Shown: in pieces, positions 38,257 to 46,752 of the stretch
Layout of the letters: every line of letters starts with the position of its first letter
Numbering within the stretch: the stretch's first letter is position 1
NCBI GenBank assembly: GCA_038065495.1
Contig: JBBTQW010000002.1
Coordinates: 261,373 to 325,372 of the forward strand
DNA from: Patescibacteria group bacterium
GTDB taxonomy: Bacteria; Patescibacteriota; Minisyncoccia; Phycocordibacterales; JACOZG01
Length of the DNA: 64,000 bases
Reading direction: 5' to 3'
Program-made: the position numbers and the translations under genes
Notes under the pieces: generated by a model
The model's database searches: none
What the model saw: the letters and a program-made list of their open reading frames with translations, nothing else
Told to the model about the DNA's origin: nothing

Positions 38257-39714
38257 CTAACGTACATTCACACTCAAGCTCGTCCGTGCAGTAAGGCCGG
38301 CGCTATCGGTAACAGTGAAAACTGGTGAGAACGTGCCAGCGCGAGTGTAGTTGTGAGTAAAGGTCGCACTTTGAGTAAACATGGCACTCCGCGCCACCGA
38401 GGCCGAGCTAACGCTGGAGCTATCGCCCCAGTCTACCGTGTAAGTAAGCGCGCTATTTTCCAGATCAGTAGCACTAACCGTCCAAGTGCCAGTGGCGCCA
38501 AGCCCAAGAATCGTTGGCCCAGAGACAGCCGAGATTACCGGTGGCTGATTGGTCTGATTAGCCGTCGTCAAGCGGATCGCTCCGGAGCTCGCCTTGGCCA
38601 AGACCTGGGGCATGGGATTAGGCAAGAGACAACCGCCATAGCATGGCGTGCGGTCAAAGAGCGCAACTTCTATGAGATACTCGCCTGGTCTAACGGTGTC
38701 ACACATGTCGCCCCAGCAGCCGGTGCTTGGCACAGTGATCGTCCAGCTACCATTGCGCGTAAACTCGCCAGCGGCAAAGCGCTTGAGATTAACATTAGTC
38801 GAGCCGAGCAAGTTAAGTTGTAATACAGCGCCAGTTGGGATCTCGCCAGCAATCTGCCAAGTAATCGTCTGACTAGAACCAGCTGCCCAAGAATTGCCAC
38901 CGGTTGGCGCGAGCACCTGCATCGTGGGATTAGGCAAGCTGGTGCCAACTCTAATGTTTAATCTTGAGCTATCGCTTTTCCCAGTCTGATCCGTGACGGT
39001 AAAAATAGCAGTATAAGTGCCGGGATTATTGTAGGTGTGAGTGAAAGTCGCGGTCTGACTCACGCGATCATTCTCATTATTACTCTTCAGCACATTAGCG
39101 GCAGAAATGGTGTCGCCCCAGTCCACACGGTAAGTGAGCGAACTCTTAGCTGGCGCGGTCGCGCGGATTGTCCAAGTGCCAGTCACGCCCGGATTGAGAT
39201 TATTGGGACCAGAAACACTCTGGATGACCGGTGTGCGGTTGTTGCTATTTGTCACGCAAGGGTAGAGCGCTTGCAACTTGGCGCGAGTGAGTGGGCCCAC
39301 GTAGCCAGTCTGGATAATCCCCGACTTGATCTGAAAGTGGATCACGGCCGAAGCGGTAGCCTCACCGAAAACATTTTTATCATCACCAGCAAACTCAAAG
39401 CCAGAAGCGGTGAGCGCCGCGTGCAGATCAACTACGTCCTGGCCGCGTGCGCCAACGCCCAGATTGCGCTCAAAGCGCGAGCAAGATTTTTTATCTTTAT
39501 CATCATTCTTGTCGCTATTCTTAACATCACTCTTATCGATCATCATCGAAGAACTGCGCCACCAACCCCAGCGCGACAAGAGATCCCGCAACACTTGGAA
39601 GCGTGGTGAAGACTTATCGTCGTTATTATCGTTATTTTCTGCCAGCGCTGGTGTAATGAGAAAACTAAAGAGCATCACGCTTAGCAAACCTAAGACGAAA
39701 ATTCGTCGATTCAT
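38257..39714 (-). CDS. Secreted protein with a PG_binding_1-like domain and two PKD domains.
   Basis: Likely start MNRRIFVLGLLSVMLFSFLITPALA. GQDVVDLHAALTASGFEF...FGEATASAVIHFQ. YRVDWGDT...FTHTYNNPGTYTAIFTVTD and YTVDWGDSS...FTHNYTRAGTFSPVFTVTD. Confidence 0.7.
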   Translation of the reverse strand: MNRRIFVLGLLSVMLFSFLITPALAENNDNNDDKSSPRFQVLRDLLSRWGWWRSSSMMIDKSDVKNSDKNDDKDKKSCSRFERNLGVGARGQDVVDLHAALTASGFEFAGDDKNVFGEATASAVIHFQIKSGIIQTGYVGPLTRAKLQALYPCVTNSNNRTPVIQSVSGPNNLNPGVTGTWTIRATAPAKSSLTYRVDWGDTISAANVLKSNNENDRVSQTATFTHTYNNPGTYTAIFTVTDQTGKSDSSRLNIRVGTSLPNPTMQVLAPTGGNSWAAGSSQTITWQIAGEIPTGAVLQLNLLGSTNVNLKRFAAGEFTRNGSWTITVPSTGCWGDMCDTVRPGEYLIEVALFDRTPCYGGCLLPNPMPQVLAKASSGAIRLTTANQTNQPPVISAVSGPTILGLGATGTWTVSATDLENSALTYTVDWGDSSSVSSASVARSAMFTQSATFTHNYTRAGTFSPVFTVTDSAGLTARTSLSVNVR

Positions 39715-39832
39715 TTTATTGTTTCTCATATCAATATTGTAAGTTGGTTTAGTAATTTGTTTGTTTTCTATCATCTTTATTACTGACGAGCAAGACGAGA
39801 AAAGGTTACAGTTAGCGAACTGGAGTTTTAGA

Positions 39833-39872
39833 AATAAAAAAACAGCGTGGTCGGGTTTCCCCGAGCACGCTG
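39833..39872 (-). terminator. Intrinsic terminator downstream of the 90-aa gene.
   Basis: cagcgtg-gtcggg-tttcc-ccgagc-acgctg forms a nested stem of at least 12 bp, followed on the minus strand by U7. Confidence 0.6.
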
Positions 39873-39899
39873 TGAATTTCTTACCGACACTCTTTGATT

Positions 39900-40172
39900 T
39901 CAGAGAGTCTTCGGTAGCTGTGTCGGCGGAAGCAACTTTGGCTCTGGAATAGGAACAATGTAGGCGACCACAGCTTCAAGCTTTGGGTCGATGTCATTCG
40001 AGACATTAACCCTGGCCTGGAACTGACAAACGTCGGAATTAATATGATCACCAAAGGGCTTCCAACCACTTGAGACCAATTCCAGGGCTGCCTGACTACT
40101 ATCGTCATATGGCCCATACATCACCCTTTTCTTAGCTCCCGCTGGTCCTGAAACAACAACAATAGCGAACAT
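39900..40172 (-). CDS. Hypothetical 90-aa protein.
   Basis: AGGAG 8 nt upstream of the ATG. A strong terminator follows. No recognisable domain. Confidence 0.45.
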   Translation of the reverse strand: MFAIVVVSGPAGAKKRVMYGPYDDSSQAALELVSSGWKPFGDHINSDVCQFQARVNVSNDIDPKLEAVVAYIVPIPEPKLLPPTQLPKTL

Positions 40173-40333
40173 TTTGTCTCCTCTTGAGCATTTTCTGTTA
40201 GACTCTGCTTGCTACACCGCAAGTCAAAGAGCTGCATTCGCCAGCGCCCACTATAGCAGTCTCACAGAATTTGTCAAGTCTTTTTACGTATTTTTAACCC
40301 AAAACAGCCAAAATATGGCCAACTACAGCCACT

Positions 40334-40954
40334 TTACGCACTTCCCACGATTAGCTTAAACAGTCCAAAAACAAGAGATTCGAGAACCGTTGTAGAAGAA
40401 ATCAGAAACAAGAAAATGATCAGAATAATCAGCTGATAGCGTTGCCAGAACGCCTCAAACCAGTGGAACGAAGCCGGCAAAATGGCAAAAAGTACTTTTG
40501 AGCCATCTAGCGGCGCGATGGGCAAGAGATTGAAAACCGCGAGCATAATATTGAGCAAGATGAGCGAAGCGACGAGTGAAACAGCACTAGCCGGCAAGAG
40601 CGCCGCGCGCGCGAGGAGGCCAAAGATGATGGCGATCAACAAGTTGACACCTGGGCCAGCGAGAGCCACGAGCGCCGGCCCCCACTTGCCCGCCCGCAGA
40701 TTGTACGGATTATACGGCACCGGCTTGGCCCAGCCGAAGATGAATCCGCCCGGCAAGAGCCAGAGCACAAAGGGCACGAGCAATGAGCCAATCGGATCGA
40801 TGTGCTTGAGCGGATTGAGCGTGAGCCGGCCAGCCAGGCGCGCCGTGGGGTCGCCGAGCAAATCTGCCACGTAGCCGTGAGCCACCTCGTGCAGAACAAC
40901 AGAAATGACTAAAATCAGGATTAAGAAAACCGGATCAAGAGCAAATGGTTGCAT
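40334..40954 (-). CDS. Site-2-protease-family (M50B) membrane zinc metallopeptidase.
   Basis: VLHEVAHGYVA (HExxH) and LTLNPLKHIDPIGS. 206 aa with multiple TM helices. Confidence 0.75.
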   Translation of the reverse strand: MQPFALDPVFLILILVISVVLHEVAHGYVADLLGDPTARLAGRLTLNPLKHIDPIGSLLVPFVLWLLPGGFIFGWAKPVPYNPYNLRAGKWGPALVALAGPGVNLLIAIIFGLLARAALLPASAVSLVASLILLNIMLAVFNLLPIAPLDGSKVLFAILPASFHWFEAFWQRYQLIILIIFLFLISSTTVLESLVFGLFKLIVGSA

Positions 40955-40986
40955 AATTATCGTTTTGTGCTAACATTCTAGCACTT

Positions 40987-41187
40987 ATGAAAAGTTGTCC
41001 AAGTTGCGAGCGGAGTTCCCACATGGCCGGCGGCTACTCTAACCGCACGCGTGCCACTAAGTTTACGCCTACCGGCAAAGTCCGCAAATATCCCAACATG
41101 CAGTGGGCTGGCCTCCCCACCGGTGGCCGCATCAAGCTCTGCACCAAGTGCATTAAAGCGGGCAAACATCTCACGCTGAAAGTTTAA
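40987..41187 (+). CDS. rpmB: 50S ribosomal protein L28 (zinc-ribbon type).
   Basis: C-x-x-C near the N-terminus, then KYPNMQ...IKLCTKCIKAGK, matching the L28 PNLQ...VC..CL..GK pattern. 66 aa. Confidence 0.6.
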   Translation: MKSCPSCERSSHMAGGYSNRTRATKFTPTGKVRKYPNMQWAGLPTGGRIKLCTKCIKAGKHLTLKV

Positions 41188-41196
41188 AAAGTAAAA

Positions 41197-42114
41197 TCAA
41201 GACTCCAGAAAAACCGGCTGTAGTGGCTGGTTTTTATTTTTGTCACTAATTTCAAAAACGATTGTGCCAGTTTGATTAGTCTGCAAAGTTTTGATATTTA
41301 AATTCTCGAAAGTGGCGAGAGTGGCTGGATAAGGATGGCCGTAGCGATTATCCGTGCCGACGGAAATTACAGCGTAACTTGGTGAGACTTTTTGCACAAA
41401 GTTTCTGCCCGAAGAAGTTTTGGAACCATGGTGGCCAACTTTGAGAATTATAGCTTCTAGTGATTGCTTATTTTCACTTTCATTTGCGCTGGCGATTAAT
41501 TTGTCTTCCAGATCAGTTTCCATATCGCCCGTGAGCATCGCCAACCCGCGGCCGTTCACAGTCAGCCTAGCCACGACCATGGAGTCGTGAATCTCTTTGG
41601 CACTGCGCCCACGCCAATCCTCGAACGGCGCCAGAATTTCTAAAGCTGCCCCACGCGCCAGACTAATTTTCTCACCACGGAACGCCGGGATAATTGGAAT
41701 TTTCTTTTCTGCCAGCAAGCGATGCCATTCGGCATAAATCGCACTGCTGTAGACGGCACCGGCTTCCATCACCGCGCCCACTTCGTACCGGTTTAGAATT
41801 TCCACCAAGCCCGCGATATGATCCGCGTGCGGATGCGAGACGATTAGCAAATCAAGTGACCGATCAGAGACGGGCATCAACGCTGGTAATCTGGCTAAGA
41901 TTTTCTGATCTGGTCCGCCGTCAATCAAGATCTGATGACCAACCGAATCCTGAATAAAAATTGCATCGCCCTGGCCGATGTCGAGCATCGCGAGCGTCAA
42001 TTTTCCGCCATGCTCGGCCAAAAAAACTGCACGCCAAACAAAAATATTAGCCAGAAATAAAATCAAGACTATCGCCCATTTGATTTTGGTAATTTTTGTT
42101 TTACTAAAAAACAT
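41197..42114 (-). CDS. ComEC C-terminal metallo-beta-lactamase domain protein (separate ORF).
   Basis: N-terminal TM helix, then LDIGQGDAIFIQ...LLIVSHPHADHIAGL (MBL HxHxDH). 305 aa. Confidence 0.75.
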   Translation of the reverse strand: MFFSKTKITKIKWAIVLILFLANIFVWRAVFLAEHGGKLTLAMLDIGQGDAIFIQDSVGHQILIDGGPDQKILARLPALMPVSDRSLDLLIVSHPHADHIAGLVEILNRYEVGAVMEAGAVYSSAIYAEWHRLLAEKKIPIIPAFRGEKISLARGAALEILAPFEDWRGRSAKEIHDSMVVARLTVNGRGLAMLTGDMETDLEDKLIASANESENKQSLEAIILKVGHHGSKTSSGRNFVQKVSPSYAVISVGTDNRYGHPYPATLATFENLNIKTLQTNQTGTIVFEISDKNKNQPLQPVFLES

Positions 42115-42145
42115 TTGACAAATTATAGCATCAGTAATAAGCTGG

Positions 42146-42312
42146 GTCCGACTGGCTGGGAGAAATCAAGTAAGTTTAACCTCCTTTCAGCCCTTGGTTT
42201 CTCACTTCGGTTCTCGCCCCCCGTCGGCGAGGATAGGTGAGGTCCAAACAGCCAGTCGGTGAGCTTGCGAAAGTTGTCTCCGGACAATCGTAACAAGCTC
42301 ATTTTTTTATAA
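42146..42312 (+). ncRNA. Candidate structured small RNA (~165 nt) antisense-oriented between the two comEC ORFs.
   Basis: Possible promoter: TTGACA at 42116..42121, 17-nt spacer, TAAGCT. An 11-bp perfect long-range stem (42148..42158 with 42249..42259) encloses nested helices (gagaaa/uuucuc, a CUUCGG tetraloop, cucgcc/ggcgag). It ends with a 7-bp hairpin (42261..42300) plus a U7 run. Confidence 0.4.
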
Positions 42313-42325
42313 AATAATTTTGTTC

Positions 42326-43789
42326 TTACTTCTTCTGACGATGGAAATAGTAATAAAATATATAAACCAGAACAGTTAACCAAAGTGGAAAGTAAGCAAT
42401 ATTAACAGAAGCAAACGGAATCTGAGCGGCAAATTTCGCTATTAGCAAATCATAACTAAGTAGTAAATAAGCGAGATAAGTGAATGGCGGGAACGGGAGC
42501 AAGAAAACCACAAAGCCGAGTAGCATGGTGAGTGGCACAAAACCCAAAACTAATAAATTAACCGGCAAAGCGATGAGCGAGAGATTGCCCATCTTGTACA
42601 AGATCCACGGTAGAACAGCTAACTGCGCAGAAAGGGTTGTAGTTGTCGTCTCGCGCAAACCAAATCTCTCGGGTAAAAATGCTAAATATTTTTTGATTAG
42701 CGGCGGTCCGGCGATCACACCAAGAGTGGCGAGGAAGGAAAGTTGGAAGCTGATGTCGGAAATTAAAATTTTCGGCTGGAAGAGGATCATCACAAAGGCG
42801 GCAAGGAAGAGCGCATCGAGTGACTGATAAACGCGACCAGTCGCTCGCGCGAGCAAGGCCACCAGGGCCATGATCGCCGCCCGCACGGCCGTGCTACTCG
42901 CGCCCGTGGCGAGCGTGAAGAGGATCACGCTCGCCCCGCCGGCTAGGATGCCGGCGAGCGGCGGCAAAAAGCTCAAGGCTTTGGCCGTCGCCTCGGCGGC
43001 AATGGTAATGTTGTAGCCGGATAACACAATCAAGTGCGACAAGCCAACAGTGCGGAAGCGTTCGCCCCAGTCCTCGCTCAAGCCTTTCGCCCCAATCGCA
43101 ATGCCAGCGAGGAGCGCGCTCTGCGGCTCGGGCAAACTGGACCCGAGCCGCCGCAAAAATAACTTTTTGAAGCCAAAAAGTTTGGCGCGCGCGCTCACCA
43201 CCCAGCTTTCATCCATGCCAATTTTTTCTATCTTGGGGTTACTGATGAGATAATAAATATCGTCTTTGGCCAGATAATTCTGATAATCAAAGGTTCGGCC
43301 CGCGTCGGTCTCAAAGTTTTCTGGTGCTTCCAGCTTGCCACTCACGCGCAAGCGCTCGCCATAAGCATGGCTCGGATATTTCCCGGCTGACAAAATAATT
43401 TTGCCGCCGGATTTCTTGTTTATTTCATCTGGCAAATCTGGTGAGAAAATTAGCCGCAAGCTGCTCTCGCGCTCGTCCGGCTCGCCCACCACCGTGCCAG
43501 TCAATTCTATTTTTTCACCAATAAACTGATCTAGATATTTCTCTGTTGGACCCAACGCCCGCGTGCCCCACATAGCACTGAGCGCAAAAATTAGCAAAAC
43601 AAAACTGACTAACTTAATTAAATTATTATTTTTCCCAGATTTTCTATACAACCAAAAAACTAAAAATAAAATGCTAGAAATTATTACTAGCAAAAATAAA
43701 ACTGTGAAATCAAAACGCACGAGCGTGCCCGCGCCAATGCCTACAAAAAAGCTCGCAAAAAATAAACTACGCCAGTTCATTCCCGCCAT
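42326..43789 (-). CDS. comEC: ComEC/Rec2 DNA-uptake channel (DUF4131 plus competence domain). No MBL domain in this ORF.
   Basis: Polytopic membrane protein. LSHLIVLSGYNITIAA matches the ComEC SHLLAISGLH motif. 487 aa. Confidence 0.75.
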   Translation of the reverse strand: MAGMNWRSLFFASFFVGIGAGTLVRFDFTVLFLLVIISSILFLVFWLYRKSGKNNNLIKLVSFVLLIFALSAMWGTRALGPTEKYLDQFIGEKIELTGTVVGEPDERESSLRLIFSPDLPDEINKKSGGKIILSAGKYPSHAYGERLRVSGKLEAPENFETDAGRTFDYQNYLAKDDIYYLISNPKIEKIGMDESWVVSARAKLFGFKKLFLRRLGSSLPEPQSALLAGIAIGAKGLSEDWGERFRTVGLSHLIVLSGYNITIAAEATAKALSFLPPLAGILAGGASVILFTLATGASSTAVRAAIMALVALLARATGRVYQSLDALFLAAFVMILFQPKILISDISFQLSFLATLGVIAGPPLIKKYLAFLPERFGLRETTTTTLSAQLAVLPWILYKMGNLSLIALPVNLLVLGFVPLTMLLGFVVFLLPFPPFTYLAYLLLSYDLLIAKFAAQIPFASVNIAYFPLWLTVLVYIFYYYFHRQKK

Positions 43790-44216
43790 TCATTTCGTCC
43801 ATCGCCTCATTCGCTAATTTATCAGCCAGTTCATTTTCTTCGCGTCTAATGTGCGTAAAAGTGGCACTCGCCAATTTCAAGTAACTAACAATATCTTTCA
43901 CTTCTGTCGCCAGAACTTTCAATCTTGCTTCTTTCACTTTATACTCACCTCGCAATTGCTTCACGACTAATTCGCTATCAAGTTTTATTTCTAAATCTAA
44001 ATCTTTCAGCTCTTCTTTATCTTTGAATAATTCCCAAACCGTTTGCAGACCAAAAATCAGCGCCTGATATTCGGCCTCGTTATTCGTCAAATCTTTCCCG
44101 AGAAACTTCTTCGCAGTTTGGATCACTTCATCAGTGGCATCAAAAATCGCGACGCCCGCACCCGCTGGTCCGGGATTACCGCGCGCGCCACCATCCGTGT
44201 GTAGAATAATTTTCAT
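43767..44216 (-). CDS. rnhA: Ribonuclease HI.
   Basis: HTDGGARGNPGPAGAGV, NNEAEYQAL, DSELVV, and H...REEN..AD. 149 aa. Confidence 0.82.
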   Translation of the reverse strand: MKIILHTDGGARGNPGPAGAGVAIFDATDEVIQTAKKFLGKDLTNNEAEYQALIFGLQTVWELFKDKEELKDLDLEIKLDSELVVKQLRGEYKVKEARLKVLATEVKDIVSYLKLASATFTHIRREENELADKLANEAMDEMNGGNELA

Positions 44217-44264
44217 GAGTTTAGATTACTTAAACTGTATTGTAAGCGAGAAAGATATTTTAGA

Positions 44265-44472
44265 CAAAAAAAACACTGCTCCCGGGCTGAGGAGCAGTGC
44301 GATTGAAGGTCAGGTTACCCACTATGCGAGCGGCACTTCTCGGCCGAATCACCCATCATCAGTGGCCAAGAGGGGCACGTGCATGCGCTTCAAGCATAAA
44401 CCCTGGGCAAACCTACCGCGTGGAACAAAAGATCGCCGCTCAAGATAATAGCGCGAGGAGAAACTTTGTCAA
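44265..44472 (-). ncRNA. Candidate sRNA (~170 nt) with its own promoter and intrinsic terminator, directly downstream of recJ.
   Basis: Promoter: RC of 44467..44472 is TTGACA (overlapping the recJ stop) and RC of 44445..44450 is TATTAT, 16-nt spacer. The 5' GAGCGGC pairs with a 3' GCCGCUC. GC-rich body with no credible ORF. Terminator: cactgctcc-cgggctga-ggagcagtg (9-bp perfect stem, 44274..44299) plus a U9 run. Confidence 0.45.
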
Positions 44473-46130
44473 GCCGTAATATCCACAATCCGCAACCGCA
44501 ACTCCGGCTGGCGCTTGAAGTAAGATTTTTCTAGTGTCGCCGTGAGATTAATTCTGTTTCCCACTTCTAATTTTACATTTTTAAATTTATCTAAAGCTGT
44601 GAAGAAACCAATCGCGCAGATTATTGCGCCACTACTTTTCTGGAATCCAAGCTCGAGATGAATACCACCGTTGCCGAAAGTCTTAGCCTGCGCGATTTCT
44701 AGATTTGGCAGCGAGAAAACCGGTTTAGGATTGCCCGTCCCAAATGGCGCGAGTTGCTCGAGCAAGTGCCAAGCATATTCGCTCACGTCATCTATCGAGA
44801 TAACGGCATCTGGTTCAACTTGCTCTGGCTTTTTTATTTTCTCTATTTTTTCATAAGCTTTTAGCAATCTTTCTTCTAACTCACCAACTTTCTCTGGCGA
44901 GATTGAGAAACCACCAGCCATCGCATGACCACCGAAAGCGGTGAAAAATTGCTCACCGCCAGCTTCTCTCATTAAATCAACCAGATTCACCGAGCCGTCA
45001 GATCGGCAAGAGCCTTTTATTTCATTCCCATTTGCACCCCACACAAAGACCGGTCGCTGATATTTATTCTCTACCAGCCTGCTCGCACCGAGACCGAGCA
45101 CGCCCGGCGACCAACTCTCATCGCCGATCACAATTACCGCCGGCAAATCAGCTTCAGCAATCGCACTCAATCTGGCTTCGCAAGTCTCCATAATCTTCTC
45201 CACACTCTTCTTACGCTCGCCATTTTTCTTTTCCAAATGTTTCGCCATTTCTTGCGCTTCGGCAATATTGCTTGTAGTGAGGAGAAAAAAAGCTTCAGAG
45301 GCGTGACTCATCCGCCCGGCAGAGTTAATTCTCGGCCCGATCGTAAAGCCGACATCATCTTCGTTCAAGTTCTCTTGCTTCAACTTTGCCGCTGAGAATA
45401 AAGCCCGCAAGCCCGGCCGTCTACTTCTCTGCAACATCAGCAAGCCAAACTTCGCCAGCGCGCGATTTTCGTCGGTCAACGGCACACGATCAGAGATCGT
45501 CGCAATTGCGACTAAATCTAACAGTGTTTTCTCCCAATTTTTATCAAGATTAAACTCGCCACGCCGGATTAGCGCCTGCACGACTTTGAAGATTACGCCC
45601 GAGCCACACAACATTTTATCGGGATAAGTATCTCCCAGCTGTTTCGGATTAATAATCGCGTACGCTTCTGGCAAGGTCTCGGGAGGAAGATGATGATCAG
45701 TAATTATCACATCCAGATTTAACTTATTCGCCAGTTTTACTTCTGTAAAATCAGTAATTCCACAATCGATCGTGATTACCAACTTCGCGCCGTTATCCGC
45801 AAACTCTTGAATACTCTTTTCTGATAAGCCGTAACTTTCCGTATGTCTATTGGGAATATAAACCTCTAGATTTGTATAATTTATTTTTTTGAAAAACTCA
45901 CTCAAGATTACCGCGCCTGGCACGCCGTCAGCATCGTAATCAGAGAAAATTATTATCTTCTCGCTATTTTTTATCGCCAACAAAATTCTCGCAACAACTT
46001 TCTCCATATCTTTTAACAAAAAAGCATCATAAATATCGCGCAAATAGCTTGGCGTGAGAAATTTCTCGCGCTGTTCTGGCGTCTCAATCCCACGCGCGAG
46101 CAAGAGCTGATTTAACAAATCGTCAGACAT
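44469..46130 (-). CDS. recJ: Single-stranded-DNA-specific exonuclease RecJ (DHH/DHHA1).
   Basis: IIIFSDYDADGVPGAVIL...VIITDHH, and 553 aa. Confidence 0.85.
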   Translation of the reverse strand: MSDDLLNQLLLARGIETPEQREKFLTPSYLRDIYDAFLLKDMEKVVARILLAIKNSEKIIIFSDYDADGVPGAVILSEFFKKINYTNLEVYIPNRHTESYGLSEKSIQEFADNGAKLVITIDCGITDFTEVKLANKLNLDVIITDHHLPPETLPEAYAIINPKQLGDTYPDKMLCGSGVIFKVVQALIRRGEFNLDKNWEKTLLDLVAIATISDRVPLTDENRALAKFGLLMLQRSRRPGLRALFSAAKLKQENLNEDDVGFTIGPRINSAGRMSHASEAFFLLTTSNIAEAQEMAKHLEKKNGERKKSVEKIMETCEARLSAIAEADLPAVIVIGDESWSPGVLGLGASRLVENKYQRPVFVWGANGNEIKGSCRSDGSVNLVDLMREAGGEQFFTAFGGHAMAGGFSISPEKVGELEERLLKAYEKIEKIKKPEQVEPDAVISIDDVSEYAWHLLEQLAPFGTGNPKPVFSLPNLEIAQAKTFGNGGIHLELGFQKSSGAIICAIGFFTALDKFKNVKLEVGNRINLTATLEKSYFKRQPELRLRIVDITA

Positions 46131-46163
46131 GAGTTAGCATTATAGCAAATCGCTAAATAGAAC

Positions 46164-46493
46164 ATGGAAAACTGCATTTTTTGTAAAATCGCCAGTAAAC
46201 AGATTCCCGCCGAAATTGTCCATGAAGATGAGAATTTTCTCGCTTTCTTAGACATCAATCCCAAAGGGTCTCACCACACACTCTTGATTCCCAAAGCTCA
46301 CTATCACTGGTTCTACGAATTGCCGGATGAACTTTATGACGAAATGTTCAGAAAAGTGAAAACACTTGTGCCGATTCTTAAAGAAAAAGCCGGGGCTGAT
46401 TATGTAAAACTGGGAATTGTGGGCACCGACGTGCCGCATGTCCACGTCCACCTGATTCCCCGAAAGTTGTCAGAAAAAGATAATGTGATCTAA
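46164..46493 (+). CDS. HIT-family (histidine triad) nucleotide hydrolase.
   Basis: CIFCKI...HVHVHLIP. Confidence 0.85.
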   Translation: MENCIFCKIASKQIPAEIVHEDENFLAFLDINPKGSHHTLLIPKAHYHWFYELPDELYDEMFRKVKTLVPILKEKAGADYVKLGIVGTDVPHVHVHLIPRKLSEKDNVI

Positions 46494-46566
46494 CAGATGT
46501 TGACAAAAAATCCAACTTGCGCTAGGGTCAGTGCAGTCAGCAAAAGCACAGAAAGCGAGGTTAACT

Positions 46567-46689
46567 ATGAAAAAGCTGTGCTATATGTTCCTTACGGTGT
46601 GTGTCCTGGGCTTTGGCGCCGGTTGTGAGCAGCAGCTCATGACGGCCGAACTGCAGGAGAGCATCACCCGCGCCTTCTTTGGCGGATAG
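46567..46689 (+). CDS. 40-aa GC-rich mini-ORF, lipoprotein-like (MKKLCYMFLTVCVLGFGAGCEQQ...).
   Basis: GAGG-type RBS 7 nt upstream. Hydrophobic N-terminus ending in AGC. Followed by a hairpin plus T7 terminator. Confidence 0.3.
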   Translation: MKKLCYMFLTVCVLGFGAGCEQQLMTAELQESITRAFFGG

Positions 46690-46693
46690 ATCC

Positions 46694-46752
46694 AGCTCCG
46701 CCAGCGCCAACCACCCTCTCGAGCCTAAAAACTTGAGGGGGTGCGTTTTTTT
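46694..46752. terminator. Intrinsic terminator. It is strong for the plus-strand mini-ORF and abuts the pgk stop on the minus strand.
   Basis: ccctctcgag/cttgaggggg forms a 10-bp stem (2 G-U) at 46714..46741, followed by T7. Confidence 0.55.

Noticed and set aside
42123-42383. 86-aa minus-strand ORF spanning the comEC spacer.
   Set aside because: It overlaps the structured RNA element and the end of the ComEC N-terminal ORF in another frame. The sequence is not protein-like. The region is better explained as a structured non-coding spacer.
44300-44440. Possible SRP (4.5S) RNA because of an AGGUCAGG motif.
   Set aside because: The motif is on the plus strand, whereas the promoter and terminator indicate minus-strand transcription. 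The GGAA or conserved domain-IV loop sequences are not present. Kept only as a generic sRNA candidate.
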